64,000 bases of DNA, taken from NCBI GenBank assembly GCA_004321885.1, contig SCQK01000004.1, positions 1-64,000 of the forward strand, read 5' to 3'. Source of the stretch: Patescibacteria group bacterium. GTDB lineage: Bacteria > Patescibacteriota > Patescibacteriia > Magasanikbacterales > GWA2-37-8. Below, in pieces: positions 24,578 through 34,543 of the stretch (position 1 is the first letter of the stretch; each line of letters begins with the position of its first letter). Below the pieces are notes generated by a model. The model made no database searches and had not been told where the DNA came from. It was given only the letters and a program-made list of their open reading frames with translations. The position numbers and the translations under genes were made by a program.

Positions 24578-25339
24578 ATGCCCAAGCAACCTTATAAAAT
24601 CATTGCTGAAACTGCGGATTATCTGGTGGTGGAAAAACCGGCCGGCCTGTTGACGCATTCCACCGCCAAACGCGAGCCAGACTCACTGGCTGAGTTGTTG
24701 GCAAAAAAATACCCGGAAATGCGCGAGGTGGGCGACTCCCCGGCCGAACGCCCGGGCATTGCGCACCGGCTGGACAAAGAAGCCTCGGGCTTGCTGGCGG
24801 CGGCGCGCACCCAAAAGATGTTTGAACATTTGAAAAAACAGTTCCAGGAACGAACCGTGGAAAAAGAATACATCGCCCTGGTACACGGCAAGGTGGCAAA
24901 AGATGTCGGCGAAATAAACTTCCCCATCGGCCGAGCGACGAACAAGGAGAGGATGGCGGCCAGGCCGTTTACCCCTCCCTCGCCACCACACCAAAAATTT
25001 TGGTGTGGTGGCGAGCCCTCCCCTTCTAAGGGGGAGGGGAAAATGGCCAGCACTGAATTTGAGGTGGAAAAGCGATTCATCAATTTCACCCTATTGCGCG
25101 TCAAAATCCACACCGGCCGCATGCACCAGATTCGCGTTCATTTGCTCGCCTACGGCAACCCGCTCGTCGGCGACCCGCTCTACATCAAAAGAAAACAAAA
25201 GCGCAAATGGGACCAGGCGCTGGGACGACTTTTCTTGCACTGCGTAAAATTAGTGTTCAAAGATTTGAATGGGGCGCCGCGAACATTTACTTCCCCGTTG
25301 CCGCTTGAATTGGAAAATTTTCTTAAAAAAATAAAGTAG
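24578..25339 (+). CDS. RluA-family pseudouridine synthase
   Basis: ADYLVVEKPAGLLTHS ... GIAHRLDKEASGLLAAA ... HQIRVHL. In-frame family-D-like palindrome 24968..25045 encodes PFTPPSPPHQKFWCGGEPSPSKGEGK. Confidence 0.8.
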   Translation: MPKQPYKIIAETADYLVVEKPAGLLTHSTAKREPDSLAELLAKKYPEMREVGDSPAERPGIAHRLDKEASGLLAAARTQKMFEHLKKQFQERTVEKEYIALVHGKVAKDVGEINFPIGRATNKERMAARPFTPPSPPHQKFWCGGEPSPSKGEGKMASTEFEVEKRFINFTLLRVKIHTGRMHQIRVHLLAYGNPLVGDPLYIKRKQKRKWDQALGRLFLHCVKLVFKDLNGAPRTFTSPLPLELENFLKKIK

Positions 25340-25340
25340 T

Positions 25341-25925
25341 ATGGGACTTCTCGTCATCATCTCATCTCCCTCGGGCGGCGGCAAAGACTCGGTTATCAAC
25401 GGGTTGCTTAAGATAATTCCCAATTCCGGACGCCTGGTAACCGTTACCTCTCGCCCGCCCCGCCCGGGCAATATGGAGGGAATTGACTACCACTTCATCA
25501 GCCAAAAAGAATTTAAAAAACGGCTAAGCGAAAAATGTTTCTTTGAATATAATATGTATTCAAACCATTATTACGGCACGGACAAACATCTGCTCAACGA
25601 GGCGCTGGCCAAATATGACGTTATATTTTCCCAAATTGAAATAAACGGCAAGCACAATCTGGACAAGGCCGGGGTGAAAAATTTGTCCATATTCTTGATG
25701 CCGGAAAATCTAAACGATTTGCGCCAAAGAATCGCGCGGCGGGGCGGTTTGACGCCGCAACAGATTGAAGAAAGGATGAAAATCGCGGAGAAAGAGATGA
25801 AAGAATCGGCGGATTATGATTTTAGGGTGGTAAATAAAGAAGGAAAGCTGGATAAAACCATAGAGCGGGTAAAAAAGATAATCTTGACAAAAATGAGAAA
25901 AAAAGATAGAATGCCTGGTACTTAA
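25341..25925 (+). CDS. gmk: guanylate kinase
   Basis: LVIISSPSGGGKDS P-loop variant; VTVTSRPPRPGNMEGIDYHFIS. Confidence 0.8.
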   Translation: MGLLVIISSPSGGGKDSVINGLLKIIPNSGRLVTVTSRPPRPGNMEGIDYHFISQKEFKKRLSEKCFFEYNMYSNHYYGTDKHLLNEALAKYDVIFSQIEINGKHNLDKAGVKNLSIFLMPENLNDLRQRIARRGGLTPQQIEERMKIAEKEMKESADYDFRVVNKEGKLDKTIERVKKIILTKMRKKDRMPGT

Positions 25926-25957
25926 AACAACTGGATTCCCCCGACTAAGTCGGGGGA

Positions 25958-26302
25958 ATGACAATTATGACCGAAACAACCACAAAAGCGGCAGTCTACA
26001 AGCCCGGCATGACCGTGAAGGTGCACCAAAAAATCAGGGAATTAAACGTTAAAGGCGAGGAAAAAGAACGCATTCAGATTTTTGAAGGCATGATTATCGC
26101 GGCCAAGCACGGCAATGAGCCGGGCGCCACCATTACGGTGCGCAAGGTTTCAGGCGGCGTGGGCGTGGAAAAAATTTTCCCGATTCATTCGCCCATCATA
26201 GAGAAAATAGAGGTGGAGCGCGAATACGCGGTGCGGCGCGCCAAACTCCACTATCTGCGCGACCCGAAATTTAAGAGGCGGCTGAAAGAGAAAACGAAGT
26301 AA
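25958..26302 (+). CDS. rplS: 50S ribosomal protein L19
   Basis: [13 protein letters not shown] ... [11 protein letters not shown] ... [31 protein letters not shown]. Confidence 0.85.
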   Translation: MTIMTETTTKAAVYKPGMTVKVHQKIRELNVKGEEKERIQIFEGMIIAAKHGNEPGATITVRKVSGGVGVEKIFPIHSPIIEKIEVEREYAVRRAKLHYLRDPKFKRRLKEKTK

Positions 26303-26304
26303 AT

Positions 26305-26400
26305 AAAAAAACTGGCTCCATACTCTGTGTGGAGCCAGTTTGCAATACGGCTCCACAGCCCCGACTAAGTCGGGGACTATGGAGCCAGCTACTGACCAGC
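26305..26400. repeat. family-A palindromic element copy
   Basis: ctggctccatactctgtgtggagccagtttgcaatacggctccacagccccgactaagtcggggactatggagccagc. Confidence 0.7.
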
Positions 26401-26416
26401 GATTGGGAGCGGGATT

Positions 26417-29341
26417 TTATCCTTTTAAGTACTTCCCGGTCCAGCTTTTTTTGCTCTTCATAATATCACGCGGAGCGCCCGCGGCCACAATCTCTCCGCC
26501 CTTGTCCCCGCCCTCTGGCCCCATGTCTATCACCCAATCGGCTGAACGTATCACGTCCAGATTGTGCTCTATCACCAGCACGGTGTTGCCTTTGGCCACC
26601 AATCTGTTCAACACTTCCAACAAATGTTTTATATCTTCAAAATGCAAGCCAGTGGTGGGTTCGTCCAAAATATATAATGAATGTCCGGACGCGCTGCGCG
26701 ACAGCTCGGCGGACAGCTTTATTCTCTGGGCTTCGCCGCCCGAAACCGTGGTGGCCGGCTGGCCCAGCTGAACATAGCCCAAACCGATTTCGCGCAACAC
26801 GCCCAACTTGCCGGCGATGGGCGGAACGTCGTTAAAAAAAGCAAAGGCCTCGTCTACGGTCATACGCAAGACATCGGCGATATTCTTGTTGCGGTAATGT
26901 ATCTCCAGGGCCTCGCGATTATAGCGGTCTCCGCCGCACTCATTGCACTGCATGTACACGTCGGCCAAAAATTGCATGGGGATGCGCACATAGCCCTCAC
27001 CGGCGCAGGCCTCGCAACGGCCCCCGCCCTTCACGTTAAAACTGAACTTGCCGGCGTCGTAGCCGTTCATTTTGGCTTCGGGCAAACCGGCGAACAAATC
27101 GCGAATCAAAGTAAACAGCCCCGTGTACGTAGCCGGATTACTGCGCGGGGTGCGGCCGATGGGCGACTGGTCCACGGTAATTACTTTGTCAATATTTTCA
27201 ATGCCTTTAATTTTTTTGTGCTCGCCCGGCAAATCTTTGGCCCGATAAAAATGGCGGGCCAGCTGTCTGCCCAAAATATCCACGATGAGCGAAGACTTGC
27301 CCGAACCAGACACGCCGGTCACGCACACGAATTTGCCCAAGGGGATGTCGGCGTCCACATTTTTCAAATTAAAGGCCCTGGCGCCGAGGATAGAAATTTT
27401 TTTGTTGGATTTTTGCAGACGCGCCCCCATTTTTATGGGCAGGACGCCCCGGCCGACTAGATACTTTCCCGTAACCGATTTTTTATTTTTTTTTATCTGT
27501 TGTAAACTGCCGGCCGCCACGATTTCGCCGCCGGAGAGGCCGGCGCCCGGCCCCATATCAATTAAATAATCCGCGCCGGCCATCATAGCGCTGTCGTGCT
27601 CCACCACTATTACAGTGTTGCCCAAATCGCGCAAAAATTTCAGGGCGCCGATGAGTTTGGCGTTGTCTTTGGGATGCAGGCCCACCGAAGGCTCGTCTAA
27701 AATATATATAATGCCGGTAAGGCCCGACGACAGCTGGCCGGCCAAACGCACGCGCGTCACCTCTCCACCCGAGAGCGTGTTCATGGCGCGCCCCAGCGAC
27801 AAGTATCCCAAGCCCACCTCCTGTAAATTTTGCAAGCGCTTGATTGTTTCTTTGATGATGGTTTCACCGTGCTGGGCAAAAACTTTGCCTCCCATCCCCC
27901 ATTTGTCCCCCCCTCTGGCAGAGGAAGAAAGCTTTTCCAAAACCGACACGGCTTGCCCGGCCGACAGCTCGGAAATATCCGCGATGCTGTACTGGCCCAG
28001 CTTCACGGCCAATGACTCCACGCGCAAACGTTTGCCATGGCACAGGGAACACACCTGCTCGCGCATGTACTGTTCTATTTCACCGCGCACATAATCAGAA
28101 TCGGTCTCCAAATGCCGCTGGGTCAGATTGGTAATCACCCCGGAAAAAACGGTTTTCTTTCCGTCTATTTCGTATGTCTCGTTGTCGCCGTACAAAATCA
28201 GCTTCATCTGCGCATCGGAAAGTTCTGCTACTGGCGCATTCAGAGAAAAATCATGTTTCTGCGCGACCGCGGCCAGAATTTTTTGGTACCACGTTTGATT
28301 GCCGGTAATGCGGGTCCAGGGCTGGATAGCGCCCTCGGCCAAAGTAAGCCGCTTGTTAGGCGCCACCAGCTCCGGGTCAACTTCCATGGTCACGCCCAAA
28401 CCAGTACAACGCGGGCAGGCGCCATAAGGGCTGTTAAAACTAAAACTGCGCATGTCAATCGCCGGCATTACTTTGCCGCATTTAGCGCACAGCCCTTCGG
28501 TGGAAAACAACACTTCCCTCCCCCTTTTTAAGGGGAAGGCGGGGTGGGGGTAAGACGCCGCAATCACACTGCCGTTGCTCAAATCCAAGGCCGTCTCCAC
28601 CATTTTGGCGATGTTGGGCTGTTTCTTGGCATTCTGGGTGGAAATATTTCCCACCACCAGTTCCACGTTGTATTTTTTATTGGGCAAAAAACCAAAACGC
28701 GCGAATTCGTTTAGTTTCATCAGCTCGCCGTTTACCCGCACCGTGTCAAAACCCGACTTTTCCACTTTGTCCAGCAATGCGGCATGACTGGGTTCCCCTC
28801 CCCCTTTTAGAGCTTGTCCCGAACTTGTTTCGGGAGGGAGGACAGAGGAGGGGGTATTTGGCGAGGATGGGGTCAATGGAGACAACACCCACACCTCGGA
28901 ACTATTCCGCGTCATCTTTCTCACTTCCTCGGTAATCTGGCCGGGCGTAAACGACATCACTGGCACGCCGCAACCGGGGCAGTATTGCGCGCCCACGCGC
29001 GCGAAGAGCAAACGCAAATAATCGTAAATCTCGGTGATAGTGCCCACGGTGGAACGCGGATTCTGCGAAGAACTTTTCTGGCCGATGGCGATGGTGGGAG
29101 AAAGCCCCTCCACGCTGTCCACGTCCGGCTTGTCGCGCACGTCCATAAACTGGCGCGCGAAAGAAGACAGCGACTCGGCGTAGCGGCGCTGGCCCTCGGC
29201 GTAAATTGTGTCAAAGGCGAGCGAGGATTTTCCCGAACCGGACAAGCCGGTAATCACTACCAGCTTGTTCTTGGGAATTTCCACGTTTATATTCTTCAAG
29301 TTGTGTACTCTCGCCCCTTTGATGATTATTTTATCAGCCAT
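26417..29341 (-). CDS. uvrA: excinuclease ABC subunit A
   Basis: Two ABC modules ([23 protein letters not shown]; [10 protein letters not shown]), zinc-finger cysteines. Contains two in-frame family-D palindromes (28513..28553, 28793..28860). Confidence 0.9.
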   Translation of the reverse strand: MADKIIIKGARVHNLKNINVEIPKNKLVVITGLSGSGKSSLAFDTIYAEGQRRYAESLSSFARQFMDVRDKPDVDSVEGLSPTIAIGQKSSSQNPRSTVGTITEIYDYLRLLFARVGAQYCPGCGVPVMSFTPGQITEEVRKMTRNSSEVWVLSPLTPSSPNTPSSVLPPETSSGQALKGGGEPSHAALLDKVEKSGFDTVRVNGELMKLNEFARFGFLPNKKYNVELVVGNISTQNAKKQPNIAKMVETALDLSNGSVIAASYPHPAFPLKRGREVLFSTEGLCAKCGKVMPAIDMRSFSFNSPYGACPRCTGLGVTMEVDPELVAPNKRLTLAEGAIQPWTRITGNQTWYQKILAAVAQKHDFSLNAPVAELSDAQMKLILYGDNETYEIDGKKTVFSGVITNLTQRHLETDSDYVRGEIEQYMREQVCSLCHGKRLRVESLAVKLGQYSIADISELSAGQAVSVLEKLSSSARGGDKWGMGGKVFAQHGETIIKETIKRLQNLQEVGLGYLSLGRAMNTLSGGEVTRVRLAGQLSSGLTGIIYILDEPSVGLHPKDNAKLIGALKFLRDLGNTVIVVEHDSAMMAGADYLIDMGPGAGLSGGEIVAAGSLQQIKKNKKSVTGKYLVGRGVLPIKMGARLQKSNKKISILGARAFNLKNVDADIPLGKFVCVTGVSGSGKSSLIVDILGRQLARHFYRAKDLPGEHKKIKGIENIDKVITVDQSPIGRTPRSNPATYTGLFTLIRDLFAGLPEAKMNGYDAGKFSFNVKGGGRCEACAGEGYVRIPMQFLADVYMQCNECGGDRYNREALEIHYRNKNIADVLRMTVDEAFAFFNDVPPIAGKLGVLREIGLGYVQLGQPATTVSGGEAQRIKLSAELSRSASGHSLYILDEPTTGLHFEDIKHLLEVLNRLVAKGNTVLVIEHNLDVIRSADWVIDMGPEGGDKGGEIVAAGAPRDIMKSKKSWTGKYLKG
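28793..28860. repeat. family-D G/C palindromic element (cctcccc-tt..aa-ggggagg type) inside uvrA
   Basis: ggttcccctcccccttttagagcttgtcccgaacttgtttcgggagggaggacagaggagggggt. Other copies: 9848..9885, 11300..11345, 12690..12800, 17406..17448, 24968..25045, 28513..28553, 34478..34528, 48735..48850, 49514..49554, 63893..63945. Confidence 0.7.
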
Positions 29342-29625
29342 ATAATTGCTATCAAGCCATTATATGCACAAAATACGCCCGTGTCAACTTCTGCGCCGAC
29401 AGCCCCATTATATTTCCCAAACCTTAATTATCGGGTAGGAAGCAATTAAATTTTTTCCACATCAAAACACGCGATTTGTAATTCAAAAAATCCCGTCTTT
29501 TCATTATTGAGATTGAAGATATTTATCTCGCTCCATCATTTTCCTTCTTTGCGCCTCAAAACCGATTAACGCTGACAGTAAGTTATCTATGACCACGCTA
29601 CAAGTAACGATAATCTCGCCGTATT

Positions 29626-31128
29626 TCACAATGTTTTGTCTTTCCCCCATGGCAGACAGTCGGTTTTATCCGCCCACCCAAGCACTGATGACATAATCGT
29701 GCCAGCCGTTGCATTATCAATCGCCGGAAATTCGCCTCTATCTATTTTTATATCGCAAAGATAACCTCTTTTTAACTCATCCACGGTTATTAAATATTTT
29801 TTTATTAATGGAAGTACGCCATTAAGGAGTTTAAGCTCGCTATACGAATAAATATAGGAACACGAACAGCGGGCATCCTTGGCGCCTTTGCAATTGTCGT
29901 TTCCCGCGTTCACCAAGGCTTTTGATAAATTCACGCTGCACGAATGCGACCCGGGTCCGGCCTGCCCCACAGCCATCCAATCATCTATGCCCCAAGAAAA
30001 AGGCATTCCTTCCATGAATCTGCCGGTGGCGCCTGACTCGTCGTTCACTTCCACCCCCAGATAAAAACCAACCGGGTCAGCCCCATTTTTACAGATTTTT
30101 TCCACATTTTTCACGGGGAAAATATATGACCTACCTTTTTCATCAACATCTATCTTATCGCCAACCTGCAACAAATTTTTGGCCGTGCCCCCGCTCTCCG
30201 GGTCCTCACAAATAGCTATTAATATTGCGTCGTTATTATTATCCACCACCGGCGCCCCGGCGAGCCCGAGGGTCCCGGGAATCTTGCCGGCCAGCATGCC
30301 GTCAGCGCAGTAATTCGGCTGTTGCTTGTCGCTGGAGCCGACATCAAAGCACACTTTTCCCTTTGGGCAATAATTTCCCCAGCAAGTCGCGGCGCCGCCT
30401 TTTTCCATAAAATACCGGTTGCCGCAATAAAAATTCTTATCATTATCGCTTTCCAGTTTAAGATTGTAATCTGGTTTCTCAATCTTCACCGGCGAAACCT
30501 GGTCCTTGGCCAATGCCGCCACGGAAAATTTTGTGCCCTTGGGAGCCTCCAGACAGTACTGGGGCATGGTTGTCTGCTCTTTTATCATATACACCTGGGG
30601 CAGACGCAAATCCACTGTGGCCGGATTGATGGCGTGCAAAATAAAATACGACATGTAGGCGATGAACAGGCCGATGAGCGCGCCGAAGATGCGCTTTTTG
30701 GCGCTGGTGATGCGCTCGCTGTTTCCGCCCGAGGTTGTCCATTGCACGCCGGCGATGATAATGACAATCACCGCCAGTATGGCCGCTATCTGCAGGGCGT
30801 ACTTATAGAGCATGGCAATGAACTCGCCGACATTCTCAAAATCCTTCCGTCCGCCAAAAGCAATTTGCGTGGTGGTTTTGCCGGCCGGCAGACACATGCC
30901 CCAATCGCCCGCGCAAATCTGCGGATTTTTTACCCAGCCCTGGGCCGCGTCTTTTTTTTCGGCCCCGAATTTAATTCTGACCTGCTCGCATTCGTCTTTT
31001 TTCCAGCACAGCGGATTAAATTCAGGGATTTTACTAACGGCACTACCTTGAGCGAGAGCTGCCAAGGGGGCGACCAGGGATACGAAGAGGAAAATTAAAA
31101 ACAGAAACGCTGGTGTTTTTTTTAGCAT
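29626..31128 (-). CDS. secreted Cys-rich protein with a VirB2/TrbC-pilin-like two-helix hydrophobic segment (tentative)
   Basis: 500 aa; signal peptide; segment EFIAMLYKYALQIAAILAVIVIIIAGVQWTTSGGNSE...ALIGLFIAYMSYFILHAINP; more than 20 Cys in the C-terminal domain. Confidence 0.4.
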   Translation of the reverse strand: MLKKTPAFLFLIFLFVSLVAPLAALAQGSAVSKIPEFNPLCWKKDECEQVRIKFGAEKKDAAQGWVKNPQICAGDWGMCLPAGKTTTQIAFGGRKDFENVGEFIAMLYKYALQIAAILAVIVIIIAGVQWTTSGGNSERITSAKKRIFGALIGLFIAYMSYFILHAINPATVDLRLPQVYMIKEQTTMPQYCLEAPKGTKFSVAALAKDQVSPVKIEKPDYNLKLESDNDKNFYCGNRYFMEKGGAATCWGNYCPKGKVCFDVGSSDKQQPNYCADGMLAGKIPGTLGLAGAPVVDNNNDAILIAICEDPESGGTAKNLLQVGDKIDVDEKGRSYIFPVKNVEKICKNGADPVGFYLGVEVNDESGATGRFMEGMPFSWGIDDWMAVGQAGPGSHSCSVNLSKALVNAGNDNCKGAKDARCSCSYIYSYSELKLLNGVLPLIKKYLITVDELKRGYLCDIKIDRGEFPAIDNATAGTIMSSVLGWADKTDCLPWGKDKTL

Positions 31129-31139
31129 AAGACTTTATA

Positions 31140-31250
31140 AAGAATGCTTTAAATTTCCAATTTCCAATCAATGTCCAATGACCAATTACCAATATCCAAT
31201 TTGGACATTTGGATTTTGGCATTGATTTGACATTGGAAATTTGTCATTTG
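31140..31250. repeat. family-C CCAAT/ATTGG-rich palindrome
   Basis: aatttccaatttccaatcaatgtccaatgaccaattaccaatatccaat | ttggacatttggattttggcattgatttgacattggaaattt. Confidence 0.55.
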
Positions 31251-32021
31251 TCATTTCGCCAACACCTTCTCCCACTCGCTCATAGGCACTACGCCTTCCA
31301 CTTTCTCGCTGTTGATAAAAAACGTGGGCGTGCCCTGCACCCCAAATCTAAATCCGTCAGCGTAATCGCGATTCACTTTCACTCCGGTCCGGCCCGAGTC
31401 CACGCATTCTTTTAATTTTTGCGCGTCCAGGTAGGCGGTATCGGCCAAAAACTTGTAATCCTCGCCGGCCAGCTCTTTACTAAACGCGTCTTGATTGGAA
31501 AACAAGGCGTCGTGCGCCTCCCAAAAACGGCCCTGCTCGGCGGCGCAGGCCGCCACTATGGCAAACTTGTTCGCGCCCGGGTGAATTGACTCGGAGGGAA
31601 AAAGCCGGACCGTTAATTTCACTTTGTATCCATATTGGGCCATCATCTGGCGCATTATGGGCGCGGCCATTTTGGAATTTGGGCACTTGAAATCCACAAA
31701 CTCCACAATGGAAATTTTGGCATTGGGATTGCCCAAAAACAGCCCGCCCCCTTCTAACTCGGCTCGGCCCGGCTTGGCCGCGGCGAGCGGCGTTTTTATG
31801 GACCGGTCAAAATTTCCGTAAAATGTCTGCCGCAGTTTCAGCCCCTCGCCATTTTTTATCTGCCGCCAGTACCCAATGGTATAAAAAACAAAAAGCGCCA
31901 AAAACAGCGCCAGCAAAGCGCCCAGCCCCAAAATCACGATAGCCCACCAGTGGTGATACCAACGCATATGTTGAAATGACCAATTACCAATAACCAATTT
32001 CCAATCAAATCCAAATGCCAA
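31251..32021 (-). CDS. DsbA-family thioredoxin-fold protein with CPNS (CxxS) active-site variant
   Basis: N-terminal TM; VEFVDFKCPNSKMAAP; thioredoxin-like DsbA region ...GVQGTPTFFIN. Confidence 0.65.
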   Translation of the reverse strand: MAFGFDWKLVIGNWSFQHMRWYHHWWAIVILGLGALLALFLALFVFYTIGYWRQIKNGEGLKLRQTFYGNFDRSIKTPLAAAKPGRAELEGGGLFLGNPNAKISIVEFVDFKCPNSKMAAPIMRQMMAQYGYKVKLTVRLFPSESIHPGANKFAIVAACAAEQGRFWEAHDALFSNQDAFSKELAGEDYKFLADTAYLDAQKLKECVDSGRTGVKVNRDYADGFRFGVQGTPTFFINSEKVEGVVPMSEWEKVLAK

Positions 32022-32100
32022 ATAACAAACTTGGACATTTTAACTTTGACATTAGGAATTGATTTGATATTAGAAATTTGGATTTTGGCATTTACCGGAT
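31975..32100. repeat. family-C CCAAT/ATTGG-rich palindrome
   Basis: tgaccaattaccaataaccaatttccaatcaaatccaaatgccaaat ... ttggacattttaactttgacattaggaattgatttgatattagaaatttggattttggcattt. Confidence 0.55.
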
Positions 32101-32169
32101 TGTTATATTCTATCATAAATAGTTGACATTTGCCATAAGATATGGTAAAGTATCTCTACCCTAAAAAGT

Positions 32170-32388
32170 ATGTCTTCCCCTGTCTTCAATATCATCCAAG
32201 TGATTTTGGCCGCTTTGCTGGTGGCGGTTATTCTTTTACAACAAAAAGGTTCCGGCCTGTCGGGTGTGTTCGGCGGCTCTTCCAATATCTACAGCACCAA
32301 AAGGGGCGTGGACAAGATTCTGCATTATTCCACCATCGTCATCTCTTCACTTTTTTTCCTGGTCTCGCTGGCGAGACTCACCTTCTAA
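32170..32388 (+). CDS. secG: preprotein translocase subunit SecG
   Basis: 72 aa; VILAALLVAVILLQQKGSGLSGVFGG. Confidence 0.7.
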   Translation: MSSPVFNIIQVILAALLVAVILLQQKGSGLSGVFGGSSNIYSTKRGVDKILHYSTIVISSLFFLVSLARLTF

Positions 32389-32401
32389 ATACCTTTCTAA
32401 A

Positions 32402-34315
32402 ATGAGTTGGAAATCTACCAAAGATTTTGATAAAAAATTGGTCAACAAAATCAATGCCGCTTTTTGGCCGAGCCGCGCCCAATTCAAATACATTGGCCGG
32501 TTCTTAAATCCGGCCGAGCGCAAAATTATCCGCGCCAGCATTTTTCTCATCGTCCTTTCGGTAGTCGTGCTGGGCGTGTCGTTTTTCATGGCCAACGCGG
32601 TGGCGGTGCCAGCCGAGGGCGGGGCGTACAGCGAAGCGCTCGTGGGCCAGCCCAAGCTGGTCAATCCGCTTTTCACGGCCGCGAGCGACGTGGACGCGGA
32701 CCTGGCCTACCTGATTTATTCCGGCTTGTTCAAGATAGAAGGGCAAAAACCGATTCCAGACCTCGCCAAATCCTACACGGTCAGTAAAGACGGCTTAAAA
32801 TACGACATTGCCTTGCGCGACGACGCGCAGTGGTCCGACGGCGAACCCTTCACGGCCAGCGACGTACTCTATACTTTTGAAATGATTACCGACCCCGAGG
32901 TGGACAGTCCCCTTCTGCCGTCTTTTGCCGGGGCCGGTGTGGAGCAAATTGACGACTATACTGTTCGCTTTACCCTAAAAGAACCATACGCCCCGTTTTT
33001 AAGCGCTTTGGCCGCGGGCATTCTGCCCCAGCACTACTGGTCCGACATCCAGCCGGCTAGCCTCAAGCTGGCGCGCAACAATTTACAGCCCATTGGCACG
33101 GGCCCGTGGCAGTTTTCCAAGCTGACCAAAGACGAAATCGGCAACATCCAAACCTATTCCCTGTCGCGCAACGAGAATTATTACGGCCAAAAACCCTATC
33201 TCAAAAATTTGGTTTTCAAATTTTACGCGGACCAAATTCAGGCGCTCGGCGCCCTGAAAAGCCAGGAAGCGGACGCGCTGGCCTTTATTCCAAAAAGCGC
33301 CAAAGACAAAGTGCCGGGCAAGGTCTATAATTTTTACAGTTTCAAATTGCCCCAGTACACGGCGCTGTTTTTAAACCAGGAACAGAACGGGGCTCTAACA
33401 GACAACGATTTGCGCGAGGCCCTGGACCTGGCCATAGACAAAGACGCGCTCTTGCGCGAGGCGCTTGGCGGGGCGGCTGAGCCGGCGAGCTCACCGTTTT
33501 TGCCGGGCACGACCGGGTACAACAGCGAAATAAAATATCCGGCGTGGAGCCGCGACGAGGCGAACAAAAAACTGGATAAAAAATGGAAAAGAATCCAGCC
33601 CGAACAATATTTCAAAACCCAATACGAAAAGGCCCTTAAAGACAGACAGGAGGAGATTGACCGAATTAAAAACAGCACCTCCACCCCCGATGCCACCTCC
33701 ACCATCAAATTGATAGAGGAAGAGGCGGCCAGCGCCATAAGAGAGGAGATGCAGGCAGACCAGCCATACTACCGCAAAGACAAGGACGACAATATTTTGG
33801 CTCTGGTTATTACCACGGCCGATACGCCGGAATACAAAGAGGCGGGAGAATTCGTGGCCAGAATGTGGCGGGCCGTGGGAGCGCAAACCAGCGTGCGCCT
33901 GGCCAGCAGTCTGGAACTGACCAAAGATATTTTGAAAACCCGCGACTATCAAATCCTGCTTTACGGCGAAATCGTGGGCAGCGACCCGGACCCGTATCCG
34001 TTTTGGCATTCCTCGCAGACCAGCTACCCGGGGCTGAACCTGGCGCTTTTCGCGGATAGAAACGCGGACAAAATTCTGGAAGAGGCGCGGGGCAAGGCCG
34101 AGCCGGAAAAACGGGTTGAGCTTTACAAAAAATTCCAGGAGATTCTATTCAAAGAAAAACCGGCCATATTCCTTTACGCTCCCACCTACGAGCTGGCCGC
34201 GAATAAAAATATAAGAGGAATTTCCCTAAACCAGATTTCCAATCCGCCGGAACGATTCGCGGATTTAAAAAATTGGTACGTGAAAATGAAAAGGAAGTGG
34301 AAGTTTGGAAAATAA
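32402..34315 (+). CDS. ABC transporter substrate-binding protein, family 5 (oligopeptide/nickel type)
   Basis: N-terminal TM/signal anchor then SBP_bac_5-like region (LVNPLFTAASDVDADLAYLIYSGLFK ... PFLPGTTGYN ... ). Start taken at ATG 32402; the listed ORF 32264 overlaps secG. Confidence 0.7.
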   Translation: MSWKSTKDFDKKLVNKINAAFWPSRAQFKYIGRFLNPAERKIIRASIFLIVLSVVVLGVSFFMANAVAVPAEGGAYSEALVGQPKLVNPLFTAASDVDADLAYLIYSGLFKIEGQKPIPDLAKSYTVSKDGLKYDIALRDDAQWSDGEPFTASDVLYTFEMITDPEVDSPLLPSFAGAGVEQIDDYTVRFTLKEPYAPFLSALAAGILPQHYWSDIQPASLKLARNNLQPIGTGPWQFSKLTKDEIGNIQTYSLSRNENYYGQKPYLKNLVFKFYADQIQALGALKSQEADALAFIPKSAKDKVPGKVYNFYSFKLPQYTALFLNQEQNGALTDNDLREALDLAIDKDALLREALGGAAEPASSPFLPGTTGYNSEIKYPAWSRDEANKKLDKKWKRIQPEQYFKTQYEKALKDRQEEIDRIKNSTSTPDATSTIKLIEEEAASAIREEMQADQPYYRKDKDDNILALVITTADTPEYKEAGEFVARMWRAVGAQTSVRLASSLELTKDILKTRDYQILLYGEIVGSDPDPYPFWHSSQTSYPGLNLALFADRNADKILEEARGKAEPEKRVELYKKFQEILFKEKPAIFLYAPTYELAANKNIRGISLNQISNPPERFADLKNWYVKMKRKWKFGK

Positions 34316-34320
34316 TCCAC

Positions 34321-34404
34321 GCCGGGGTGGTGAAATTGGTAGACACGCTAGCTTCAGGAGCTAGTTCTCGCAAGGGAATGGAGGTTCGAGTCCTCTCCCC
34401 GGCA
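34321..34404 (+). tRNA. tRNA-Leu (anticodon CAG), type II long variable arm
   Basis: GCCGGGG/CCCCGGC acceptor; CTAGC-TTCAGGA-GCTAG anticodon arm; long variable arm TTCTCGCAAGGGAATGGA; T-arm GGAGG-TTCGAGT-CCTCT. Confidence 0.8.
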
Positions 34405-34470
34405 CAACTTGGAGGTTCGTCCGGTCATACGACCGGACGCCCAGTCAAATGACTGGGCGAGTCCCTCCTT
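34405..34470 (+). other. three-way-junction-like structured element after tRNA-Leu
   Basis: ggagg ... gtccggtcatacgaccggac ... cccagtcaaatgactggg ... ccctcc; starts with a copy of the tRNA T-arm 5' strand (ggaggttcg). Confidence 0.3.
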
Positions 34471-34543
34471 GCCCACGTCTTTTTCCTCCCCTTGTTAAGG
34501 GGAGGATTAAGGAGGGGTATTCTTAATTATTAAAGAGAAATAT

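Noticed and set aside
32264-32401. Upstream extension of the SBP gene overlapping secG
   Set aside because: The extension overlaps the secG coding frame. The ATG at 32402 (MSWKST...) follows the secG stop and precedes the TM anchor.
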